A stretch of DNA of 64,000 bases from positions 118,618 through 182,617 of IMG/VR virus record IMGVR_UViG_3300045125_000158; one strand, given 5' to 3'. The DNA comes from a virus. This document shows, piece by piece, positions 47,991 to 58,896 of the stretch. Positions within the stretch are counted from its first letter, which is position 1, and each line of letters opens with the position of its first letter. The position numbers were made by a program, and so were the translations under genes. A model generated the notes under the pieces. That model searched no databases. It was given only the letters and a program-made list of their open reading frames with translations, and was not told where the DNA came from.

Positions 47991-48155
47991 TTAATGATTC
48001 ACTTTAACGAATTGCAAGGGAGATTCTTTTTCACCTTTTTTATCGTCACAAGAGCAGCATTTATTAGTGCAAGATTTTATTTCTTTATTATTCTGATAGA
48101 ATGGCATGTGTTCGTCATCATCGTAGTATGGCTCGTTATTTTCAAGATTTGTCAT
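47991..48155 (-). CDS. 54-aa acidic/Cys-containing peptide (MTNLENNEPYYDDDEH...CTNKCCSC...)
   Basis: AGGAG RBS and an uninterrupted frame. Confidence 0.4.
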   Translation of the reverse strand: MTNLENNEPYYDDDEHMPFYQNNKEIKSCTNKCCSCDDKKGEKESPLQFVKVNH

Positions 48156-48196
48156 AGTTGCTCCTAATAAATTGAGTGCAAACGAGTATTAGTTCT

Positions 48197-48964
48197 TCAA
48201 AACTTCGCATCTTCCTTTTCTATATCGATTTTTTTGTAAGGCAACGATGAAATTCCAATGCAAACGTCCCAGACATACTCAGATACGAAATATTGCATTA
48301 TTGTAACTTCTACGCCAGTCTTTCCTGTAATTGTTCTGTAACTCGTTATAAGCCTATCAACAAGAACGTCTACTTCTTCTGGGCTCGTTATCCTATATTT
48401 TTTAAGAGGATACCTATAAGCTGGTATAAGACCCCTTTTGAGGAAAAAAATATCTTTCGATTTGCTTCTGTAATGATTTGCAAAAAAATCTGAATCGTTT
48501 TCTTGCAAAACTAAAAGCTCGTTCACGTTGTCGTCAAGATTCGTTCCGCCAAAAAAATGTTGAGTAACAACTATTTTGGGATCCTCAAAATCCAGAACTT
48601 CCGTATTATTTATTTTTACCAAAGCAGTATCATCAGATTTATTGTTGTATTCTTCTAACAACATACACCATGAATGTATAGAATCCGTATTATTGCAATT
48701 TAGCTTTGTCGTACGAATATTAAGTTTTTTAATAGTTTCATCTTTTTGCAAAAGATTTATACCGCCGATGGCTACGTATCGTTTTCCGGTGCTCGTATCT
48801 ACGTACTTGTATGCATATATTTTGACTAAGCTTTTATTCTCATACTCTATTGCTTTTTTTACACTTTCGGATACAAGTTGATTACAATGCGAAAATGCAA
48901 GACAAAGCAAATCTACTAAATCGTCAATGCGATTGATCATATCTTGCTTGCTTTGCATATTCAA
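48197..48964 (-). CDS. Hypothetical protein
   Basis: 255-aa ORF. Confidence 0.6.
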   Translation of the reverse strand: MNMQSKQDMINRIDDLVDLLCLAFSHCNQLVSESVKKAIEYENKSLVKIYAYKYVDTSTGKRYVAIGGINLLQKDETIKKLNIRTTKLNCNNTDSIHSWCMLLEEYNNKSDDTALVKINNTEVLDFEDPKIVVTQHFFGGTNLDDNVNELLVLQENDSDFFANHYRSKSKDIFFLKRGLIPAYRYPLKKYRITSPEEVDVLVDRLITSYRTITGKTGVEVTIMQYFVSEYVWDVCIGISSLPYKKIDIEKEDAKF

Positions 48965-49763
48965 CGAAGGGAATATAAAAGCAGCCAGTATCGCAATTGT
49001 CGTTGATAAAATTTATGTTTTGTTCGAAATTAGCAAAGCCAAAAAAAGCTATATTCCTATCTAACGGGAAAGAAATATAACCAGAATCTGGTTTTTCACT
49101 GTCAATAATATTCAATTCGTAGTAGTAATTGTTTTTAGAACATAGCGTCGTCGTATAGGTCTTCATCTTTTCCTTCGGGTTGATCGATTGTGCTGGTAAT
49201 TCCATACTCGTTCAACTCAAAATTGTCTATTGTGTTTGAAACGTTTTTTCCACACACCGCAAGTAACAAGCATAAAGAACGCACAAAAAATTCTTGTGCT
49301 GGTAAATCTAAGTGTTCTAGCTCACAAATTTGAAAATACGTACCTTCCGATTGACAACTGATTGTGTTGTCCTTTAAACATACCGCAATCGATTTTCTTT
49401 GCTTCAAGAAATCACATAAACTTTCACAAAAGACCAAATCGCTCTCTTGTGTTGAAACATTTATATTTGCTGATTTTAAAGATGCAATCACAAGATCTTG
49501 CAAGAAACTTGTGTTATGAAAACCTATACAACAAAATAAGACAATTTTTTTCTGAGTTGGGCTTACAGAAAATCTTTGTCGACCCACTTATTTGATTTGT
49601 GCTGTAAGAAAATCTTTTCGTTGGAGAAAATTATATCTTTTGTATCGAAAAGATATTTAACGATTTGATCAACTACATGTTTGTTGAATTCGTGTATGGG
49701 TATTTTTTTCATGTTCAATCTATGAGTGGTTGACCTTTGATGACAGGTATGTCGTACAGGCAC
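48924..49763 (-). CDS. Hypothetical proteins (ORFs 49563-49763, 49135-49587, 48924-49205; some may join by frameshift)
   Basis: Overlapping ORFs in series. Confidence 0.4.
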
Positions 49764-50719
49764 TCGTTGCCATATATTTGACCAACATGTTCTATCATAA
49801 TACCACTATGGCTAGTAACGATGAATTGTTTGTTTGGAAAAGAATCTAATATCGAATCAATCATTTTTTTGTGCCGTTTGAAGTAAACGTGCAGCTCTAT
49901 ATTATCTACCAGTACAATATCACTTCTATCTATGACGGTTGGGTCGCATAGGTTTCTCAAAAGTGTTGCTATCTTTTTTTCACCAGCACTCATTGACTTG
50001 TAGTGAACCTTGACATCACCTTTGTTTATGACAAAATCTTGATAAAAACAAAATTCTTCATTTGCGACATTTGTTGTCAGAGCTGTATATATTTCTTGTT
50101 TTGTCAACAAAACATCTTGAGTTTTTATGGTTGTGTCTTTGATGCTGGCATATGCAGCTAGAGCTTGCTTTAAAGCGTCTTTGTTTGCGTTTACGCCTTC
50201 TGCTGCGATTGGTTTCTCTAAGCAACAATCATACCCGTAAATGGCTTTTGCGAGGGTTATAAATGTCTGGGATCTGTCTGTTGGTATTTGAAATTTAGCA
50301 GTGCTTAGTGGGTTGTCAGCATCAATAAATATTACGCTATCACCTTTTCTGTCAACCAAATCATTTCTTACAACATCATCATTAATTATTTCTACATGAT
50401 AATCTTTGATGCCATCTGAAAAAATTCCATGAATATGCATTTCATCTGTGTATTTTGTAAAACCAGCATAATTTGGGTCGTAGTCAGGATGAAACTGCAA
50501 CTTACGTAAAAGCAAATTATCGTCTTCTGTGCTTCTCTTTATGTACGCTTTTGCTCTACCAAGTAAAGTAATTGCGTTCAAAGCTGTGCTTTTACCGCAG
50601 CCGTTTGGGCCGAAAAACATATTTATAGGCTTATATATATTGTAATTTGTAAAATCAAAAGTAACTGGATCCTTAAATCCAGCGTAATTCTTCAAAAATA
50701 AAGATTTTATCTTTAGCAT
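49715..50719 (-). CDS. ABC-fold ATPase (AAA_15/AAA_21 or Rad50-like)
   Basis: Walker A GPNGCGKST, signature MSAGE, Walker B VLVDNIE, H-loop VTSHS. Confidence 0.85.
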   Translation of the reverse strand: MLKIKSLFLKNYAGFKDPVTFDFTNYNIYKPINMFFGPNGCGKSTALNAITLLGRAKAYIKRSTEDDNLLLRKLQFHPDYDPNYAGFTKYTDEMHIHGIFSDGIKDYHVEIINDDVVRNDLVDRKGDSVIFIDADNPLSTAKFQIPTDRSQTFITLAKAIYGYDCCLEKPIAAEGVNANKDALKQALAAYASIKDTTIKTQDVLLTKQEIYTALTTNVANEEFCFYQDFVINKGDVKVHYKSMSAGEKKIATLLRNLCDPTVIDRSDIVLVDNIELHVYFKRHKKMIDSILDSFPNKQFIVTSHSGIMIEHVGQIYGNECLYDIPVIKGQPLID

Positions 50720-50756
50720 ATCTTACTCCATATAGATATGCTATCGGCATTATTAA

Positions 50757-51242
50757 TTACAAACCAAAATTACTGTAATTCAATATCGTATCAATATTTT
50801 CGTTATAGAAAAACCATCCGATATACTGCTCATTGTAATAGCTGCATATTACTATGACAACATGCGTTGTCGCCCAGTCTATTTCTGGGCAATATTTACC
50901 ATTGTATGTTGCGCTAGCGATATCATTTAGAATAATCCCATTTACCATGGAATCATAAGAAATATCAGCATAAGTCCATCCTGATTCCATCGCGCTATCG
51001 TATACAAATTGTATATTTTGTCCAGAATCTTTCAAAACTTTCATAGCAGCACTTATGATTTTTTTGCTTGAAATAACATGAAGAGGATGTGACGTTACTT
51101 TTTGATTACTATTACGTAAAACATTCACATACGTCAAACGTGCATCATTTTGTAACTCAGCCGTTACGGAATCTTTAATTAAATGAATTTTTGTTTTGAT
51201 ACCACATAACTCAGTTGGAGTAAGAGCTGCCAATTCTTTCAC
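50757..51242 (-). CDS. Hypothetical protein
   Basis: 161-aa ORF. Confidence 0.55.
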   Translation of the reverse strand: MKELAALTPTELCGIKTKIHLIKDSVTAELQNDARLTYVNVLRNSNQKVTSHPLHVISSKKIISAAMKVLKDSGQNIQFVYDSAMESGWTYADISYDSMVNGIILNDIASATYNGKYCPEIDWATTHVVIVICSYYNEQYIGWFFYNENIDTILNYSNFGL

Positions 51243-51359
51243 GTAGAGGACCAGGTAAAGATCTAAATTTCATTACAACTCTCCGTATGGCAGATTTGTA
51301 TATAATCGAAATTAATTTTAATAATTAAAAATGTACACTTTTTTTAGGGTATATTTTTA

Positions 51360-54300
51360 TTATTTCTTTTCATCTTCTGCTTCTGCTTCTTTTTGATTAT
51401 TTTCAATAGCCTTAGCTATAATCTTTTGCATTTCTTGAATCTTCTGTGCTTCTGTCAAACCTGGATTTTCCATGATTGCGTCAAAATCTATATTCTGTTG
51501 CTGTGCATAATCTTCTATATCTTCAAGGGTTTGTGCGATATCTCCCTCGCCAAACAAAAATTCTTGGTCATTTTCTATTCCGCCCGCCTGTTTCAAATTT
51601 TTATTCAGTTCAATTTCTGCTGCTGCTCTTTGTTTTTCAAGATCAACCATTTTTGCAGAATTTCCGCAAGACGCTTTTTGTCAGGTGCACTATTTAAACC
51701 ACGTAAAATAATTTTCTGCGTATCATGATCAAGTTTTTGTATTTGATCTGCTATTTCAATTTTGTTACGTACATAATCGTAGAAAATTTGATCTAAAGAA
51801 CTTTGTTGGGGAGTGCCTTCTATAAGCATATAAAAAGTATTCACGCCGGAAATATTATTAATTCTAAACGCTCTGCCTTCAGTTTGTTTTGCGGTTGAGG
51901 GAGACCAATCGAAATCATTCATGATAACATAACTTGCCGTATTTTCCAAACTTAAACCTGTGCCACCCTTTTTAGCTGATATAACCATAGCACGCGACAA
52001 GCTATCTTGGTCCTTAAATTTTGCAACTTTATTTTGTATATTAGGGCCTTCATCGTTTTGACTAATTTTCAAAACTCTTTCTCCACCAAAAGCCGCTTCA
52101 ATTTCAGGGTCGAATCCATCTTGCTCTCGCAAAAAAGTTTCAAGTTCTGCTTTGATCTTATTAACACAGCTTATGAAGTTAGAAAAAATTAAAACTTTAT
52201 TGCCTTGTTCTGCCAAGATTTTTTAGCAAAGGCAACAGTAGCAGGCACTTTAAGATTAGCCATTTCAACGCGAGCATGAATCATAGCGGCAAGTTTTTCA
52301 TGTGCTTCGCCATGGAGAAATGCATATTCGTAGCTTCGAACCATAGTATCATATGCATCACCGTCTATTTGTTCTTTTGGTACATTACTTTTATCAACAA
52401 TGTGATCTGGTAAATCGGGGTTTATGTCACGCATAGATCTGCTGAAAAATATACCAGATAGCACGAGTATTTTCTTTAGCTCGAACGCCTTATCTTGTAC
52501 TTCTTCAAGCAATTCATCAATATTTGGCGATTGATAGCCTTTTTAATTTAAGTTTCTTTACATAACCTTTTTTGAATCTTCCTAAACTCATTTCGCCCAA
52601 CGTATGACCTGTCAAGTTTAAAATATTATGAATGTCTCGCGGGTGTGTTGGCTACGGTTGTTGCCGATGCAGCCCACCTGAAAGGAACAGATTTTACAAT
52701 CTCTTGTAAATTTATCGAGGCTGCAGTTTGGCTGTTTTTAACTGTATGTGATTCATCTACGATTACTACTTCAAATTTCATGGTCAACAAAGTATTCATA
52801 ATTGCACGAATACGATTTTTTTCGTACAAGTATCTACCTTCAAAATCTTTTTTATATTCCTTAGTGGTGATGTCATTTAGGATACTGACCAATATTTGAG
52901 TATGAAATTACTATCCAGTCAGCATTTTTAACAGCATCAGCAGTAAGGTCTTGACTAATAATATAGGGTATATCTTCAAGACCTTTTTGTCTCTCCATAG
53001 TGCATACAACTATTTTTTGAGGCGAAACTCCAAGCTTATTCATACCTTCATTTGCCCATTGGAATTTCAGATTGTTCAGAGTTACTATAAGAACCTTTAC
53101 CACCTTCTTTTACTCTCCTTACCTGCAGCAGTTAACGTTGAAAGAGTTTTTCCGGTTCCAGGATCGTCTCCTAATATTGCGCCATTTCTTTCGTATAACC
53201 ATCTAACTCCGTATTTTTGTTGATCGAACAAAGTAATATCTGGCGTTACAACTTCTTTGATATCATCATAAAAAGCCTGATAATCAAAGCTTGGGTTACC
53301 ATTTTCGTCTCTTGTTTGTTCCGTTACTTTTTGATATACTTGCTCGCCATCTTCGTCGTATACGGGCTCTCCTCGGCGTTAAGCATAGGTATGTAATGAG
53401 TTCGAAGCACCTCATAACCATCAAGGGTCGCAGTATATCATAAGGCGACCTTTGTACACGAGGCTTTTGTAAAAGCCCACTTTTTGTATTTCTATAAAAG
53501 CCTGTCTATATTCTGTAACGTCCCAGCCTGTGTTGCTTAATATTTTGCCAAACTTATATAAATCATCATATTTTCCGTAAACAAAAAATCTGCCATTATG
53601 CCTATCATCTATAAGCATACCTTCGGGTTTTTCTCTGCGGTCTACAGGTATTTCCAAATTTGGACGAACAAGATCTTTTTCCATGTTAGCAAATGTTGGA
53701 AAGCTAAACCTTAAATAACTGTATAAATCCGTCATTAGATCTAAATCTCGTGGTGCTTCAATTTCAATATGCATTTTTGTTGTATTTGAAACATTACGAG
53801 CATGAATTACTTTACGGAAATCCGTAAAATACTCAGGGTTTTCTTGTAAAAATATTTTATAATTTTGTATTCTTTCGTCAAGTGCTGATGAGTTTATATT
53901 TTGCTGTTTAAGAATTGATGATAATTTTTCCAATTGTTCAGCAGGTACTTTTGTGCATAATAAATGCACCCTCTGTTCCGTCAAATTTAGAAGTTCCCGG
54001 TTCTAGATATGCACTTCTAGTAAAGTTCTCATCAATAAGTTTTGTTACTGTGTCTCTTATTTGTTTTGGCGTATTATTGCCGTCACTCTGACGCACTGCA
54101 ATTCCAATTATATCTTTATTTGCACTTTTTTGATATGCTGCGTTTTTGAAATTCTGCAAAACAACTATGTCATAAGTGATAAGCTTTGTTCAGCCGCTTG
54201 CTGCATTTGTTGTTTCGATTGCACTAAGTAGGCCGCAAGAGGAGTTGTATCAAAGCCAAAAGCCGTTAATTTTTGCACTTAGATTTATGAACAAAACTGA

Positions 54301-54713
54301 TAAATTTGATTGTACTATAATTACATTTTCTTTAGGCGATCTTCTTTTTAAGATATTCGCAACAGATCTTTTTCCTTTGTCATCTTTTGCCCAGCGGGGA
54401 ATTATGTTATTTTTGTATTATCAGTTATAAATTTGTCAGCGATAGATTCTAGTTGTTTATACTCGGATCTAGTCAAGTCAGGTAAATCAATAGAAACGTA
54501 AGGTCTAACGCCTACAGTCTCTGTTCCTACTATTTGAAGATTTCGTTTCTGGCCAGGGATTTTTTTCTTTGGTGCTTCTTTTGCGATATCTTGAGCATCA
54601 TCTTCTGGTAGCTCAGGTAAGTCAAAATCGTTGTCAGGTTTATCTGCTAATTTAAAGTAATTCTGTACATAAAAGTCTCCGGGACCTATCTTATTTTTGT
54701 GTATATTTACCAT
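51360..54713 (-). CDS. SNF2/SWI2-family helicase with a long N-terminal region (frameshifted)
   Basis: GDDPGTGKT, VLIVTLNNLKFQW, IVDESH, AASATTVANTP, KVLIFSNF, SAKKGGTGLSL, DFDWSPSTAKQTEGRAFRI. Confidence 0.85.
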
Positions 54714-57682
54714 ACCAACCGGTTGAGCTGACGTTTGTTGATTCGTTCTTCTCTAGCTTTGAAGGCTGCGATTAAGCTATCATTATCTAAAAATCTAGGA
54801 TCTAAAAATACGCCACGACGATTTGGGGTGCCATCAGCTAGTAGATAAAACTCGTCATTTGTTTGTGCTCGCATAATTGATTCAATAGCAGCATCAATAT
54901 ATCCAGCAACCGCCTCTGGTCTTTGTTTGAGACTTTCTGGCAGTGAATGCCATTCTTTCAATACAATTCTACGTTTATTTGGATTTGCCTGTATTCTATT
55001 TACTATGTAAGCATCCTGCAAAATCTGATTTTCTTGCAGCTGTGGCGGAAGATTCAAAAATGCTGCAGTGTTGCTTATAATCAATTTTCTAAATTTCTCG
55101 ACATCAATATTAGCCTGACCAACTCCAATTTCTCTTATAAAATCGGGATCTTCTAAAGCCGTTGGTCAAAAATCTTAGCAGACTCTGGTTTGCCTTTATA
55201 TGCCACATAAAGTTTTTGCGCACCAAGTTTGAATATTTTGTCCTATAAGCAGCGTAGATTGAGTCGTCTCTTTTGAATTCAGGAGCGAATGTAGGGAAGT
55301 TCAAAATGTTTGCAAACAAAACGCCTTTGAGAATATCAATGGCTAATTTTGTAAATTTGTCTTTTCTTCGCATAATACCAGGCGCTAAAGCTCGCAAATA
55401 CGATTCAATATATTCTTGAGTATACACCCTTTGCATAAGCGTTTGTTTTCTGCTTTCTGTTTTGGCGACATTTGGAGATTCAAGTATTTGACTTATCACT
55501 TTATTTTTCAGTGTTTCATAATTTTCTGGATCATCTAAGAAATTTTCCATTGTATCTTGTGGCATTTCTCTAGAAACAAAACCCTCTTTTACTGCTGCGT
55601 TAATTGCTTCGTTGTTTGCAGCTTCCATAGCGGCAATAAATTCTGGATCTGCATTCAAATCTGCTGCGAAGTCTGCTATGATTTTCATCATTTCATTGTA
55701 ATATGCACTGCTTGTGATTGCGGCATTTTTATCGGCTGCTGATTTTTTAGACATACCAACAGCTCTACCTTTCCAAAATATTCCTGTACGCAGTTTTGCA
55801 AGAACAGCTTCTTTAAAAATTTCTTTACCCTCAGGATATATTTCCCAGTGCTGAGGCACTTTGGGCAATACATATTGCAAATAATTAGGATTATCTTTAT
55901 AAGAATTAGCTAATCTTGCGTGTATGGACACTATAAATCTTGGATCTTTTATAACAAAGTCAGGCATTTCAGGAAATAGATCTGTTTGCATTTTTTCAAC
56001 TGCAGCTAGAGCGTCAAGTCTATTGAGTTGTGCAATTTTTATAGCCCATGCCTGTCTGCAAGCGTCTTGGAATATATCTTTTATTTGATCAAATTCTTTG
56101 TAAGCAGCAAATTGATTAAAGTCAACACGATTGTATAATTCAGGTTTTGTAATAATTAATTTAGCGAATTCATCAATTTCCGCCATATCAATTGTGCCGT
56201 CTTCTTGGAAGAAACTTTGATTAAGATTGCGTTCCTTTAATAATTCTTCCCAGTGTCTTTTTGCGAAATATCCTGTAATTCTATCCTCCCAATTGTTTTT
56301 CTTTACGAATTGCAAAACTTCTCGCCAAAATTTTCGAGGAACCTCACGATCGCCACCTAATTGGGGACCAGCAATTTCTGCTATTTTTTCGCCTTCAAAA
56401 CGAATACCGACTTCAGCGGAGCCATTTACTATGTAAACATAAAAATCACCCGCGTTCAGATAAGGTATACCGTTTCTTTCACGAGTAGTGCACCAGTTCT
56501 GCGGTGTTGATAGTTCTGTACATTCGTCAAGATTTCTTTCAAATACTTCATCAGTTGATAATTGTTTTCCGTTTTCATCAACTTCTGGTTGTAACTTATC
56601 TTTCCTTGGAAAGTGCCTCCATATACCGCCTTGATTCTTGTGTTTGGAAGCGGCTGCTCTTAATTTAGTAATTTCGAGCATGTGCTCTTTAAGCATTAAC
56701 TGATATAAACCAGCAAAATCTTTATCTTTTACATATGATTTATGAATTGCCTTTTGTACCATATCGACAGTAATTTTATTTTCTGCTTCTGGGTTTTCGT
56801 CGTTAAGTATTTGTGCTATTTGCTCGTAATTTTTGGATTCTTCATCATCTTTTTGTGGCATCAAAAGATTTTTAATTCTGTCTTTCAATGCTTTTGTTTT
56901 TAGCATATCTTCTTCATCCAGATTAGCATCACGCATAAAATTAAACATCGTACCAATAACAGCAGGGTTTGCTGGTAAAACTGGATTGAATGCGTTTTTC
57001 CTGACGTTCCAAGCATTTTGTCAAGTAGTGTATAAACGAAAGCCGGATTTTTGTCAAATAAGGGATGTTCTTTGAAGAATTCTATCCAAGTATCATACCC
57101 TGCTTTTTTAGTTTTATTTTTAAGAGTTAAGTATTGCTTTTCGCCTGCTATTGGATCTTGTAAAAAAACCGTATACGCACGAGCAAAATCAGCGTCTATT
57201 TCTTTAATTCTTTCAAAAGCAAATTGCGGATCGTCAAATTGCTTTCTTATTTCTTCATCATCAGTTTGTTTTTTGAGTTTTTTGATAAAATCATCTAAGT
57301 GTTTTTGCATATCTATTTCTTGACGAAATAGAGTTCCGTCTGGTTTGGCTTTTCCATCCGCACCTTTTTCGTAATCCACTTTGCTAATATCAACTTTTCT
57401 ATATAGTTGAGGCAACGCAATTCGGCTGATCCAGTCATTGATGTCTTGTTCTTTGTTCTCTGGCTTGATTCTAACTGTTATAGCTTTTGCTTCACCCTCA
57501 GGATCGTTTGGATCTTTGACGTTAATTTCGTACCCAGCCCACGGTATGATTCTGTCACGATGTAATACGAAAAACTTTACAAAAGGATCTTTAATGCCAA
57601 ATGTCTCTATTCTTCGCAAAGCGGAATTATCATAATGTTCTGCCGCTAATTTAAGAAGAAATCTTAATGTAAAGAAATTCAT
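54707..57682 (-). CDS. Large hypothetical protein (about 990 aa, frameshifted) with a WCT...GDFYVY...IRFEG..IAEI motif
   Basis: ORFs 56900-57682, 55110-56948, 54707-55084; starts MNFFTLRFLLKLAA; may continue into the SNF2 gene. Confidence 0.6.
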
Positions 57683-57715
57683 AAACCATCTCCAGCCAAA
57701 GCAAGTATAGAATAA

Positions 57716-58192
57716 TTAATTTGCATATACATCAAAATTATATAAAAACGCCAGACTTCCTCTGCAATAAAACAAATTGATGAACTTATGACAGTTTTTT
57801 ATAGTTTTTTGCAAACTCATCTTCTGTAACAGACCAGGTTTTAGATTTGTTTTGTATTTCATGCATTTTGTAAGTATTATCATTTTTCTTTTCGGCCATG
57901 TTAATTGCGTTTTCTGTAGGCTTATATAAACACCAAACCGAATCTGTTGCTTTCTGTGTTTTTTTATATCTTTTATCGAAGCTTTTTTAGTTTCTGTCCA
58001 AATATTATTATCGTAATCTTTGCAAATCATCATGTCTTTACGAACTGATATTGTTTGATCTTCAAGTCTAAATCTATTGTTGCGGTCTAATAAATCATTT
58101 TCTTTAGCATCGTTGAAAGAAATAGCAAAAATGTTTCTAATTTTTTGCACTCGGAAAGATTTAGCATATTTATGTAAATTAAAATAATTCAT
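57716..58192 (-). CDS. Hypothetical protein
   Basis: 158-aa ORF starting MNYFNLHKYAK. Confidence 0.5.
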   Translation of the reverse strand: MNYFNLHKYAKSFRVQKIRNIFAISFNDAKENDLLDRNNRFRLEDQTISVRKDMMICKDYDNNIWTETKKASIKDIKKHRKQQIRFGVYISLQKTQLTWPKRKMIILTKCMKYKTNLKPGLLQKMSLQKTIKNCHKFINLFYCRGSLAFLYNFDVYAN

Positions 58193-58195
58193 ACA

Positions 58196-58894
58196 TTATC
58201 CGGTTACATCAACTCCGTGAATTAAATCTTCCATAAATTTTTTGCAATACTTATCGTTCCATGGCGATCCTTCGCAGTCGTAGGAGATATTCTTGTCTAA
58301 AACATTTTGTCCCTTAAGAAGGACCACCAACATTTTGTCTGGATTACTTTCTAACATTGCAACGATAGCCGCTGTATTGTGCGGGTTGCCTCCGTTGCTA
58401 TTCCAGTATCCAACAACTTTAGCGGCATATGGCAGAGATTCTTTGTTGGTCATAAAAGTTGCACCGTGTCTAAAGAAATATCCGTCATGTGCGTAAATCA
58501 TCCATCTATCAACACTGCCACGCTCAATACTGTATTCGTATATTGTCTTTTTAGCCCAATTTATATCATGTAAATCTTCATTTACTTCATTGTAGGAGCT
58601 TCTTCGATCTGTTTGCCACGGTGGCGTCACTGGAGCTTCACGTTGTTTGTATGAAAAATCCGTCCTACTTGATCTAGGCTTGGTAGTGCTAAGTATTTGA
58701 TTTGCATCATTAAGATCAATAAATTTTTGTGTATCGCCACCCTGTTTGTCTGGATGTAGAATTTGCGCAAGTTCACGATATCTTTTGCGTATTTCTTCTG
58801 AAGTGGGCGTATGCGTAAATCCAAATATTTGCAAGGCTTCATCATACGTAAACCTTGGCCTTGCTGCTAGTTTAACTTTTGTATACCAATTCAT
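58196..58894 (-). CDS. J-domain (DnaJ-like) protein
   Basis: ALQIFG...SEEIRKRYRELAQILHPDKQGGD..KFIDLNDANQIL with an intact HPD. Confidence 0.9.
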   Translation of the reverse strand: MNWYTKVKLAARPRFTYDEALQIFGFTHTPTSEEIRKRYRELAQILHPDKQGGDTQKFIDLNDANQILSTTKPRSSRTDFSYKQREAPVTPPWQTDRRSSYNEVNEDLHDINWAKKTIYEYSIERGSVDRWMIYAHDGYFFRHGATFMTNKESLPYAAKVVGYWNSNGGNPHNTAAIVAMLESNPDKMLVVLLKGQNVLDKNISYDCEGSPWNDKYCKKFMEDLIHGVDVTG

Positions 58895-58896
58895 AT

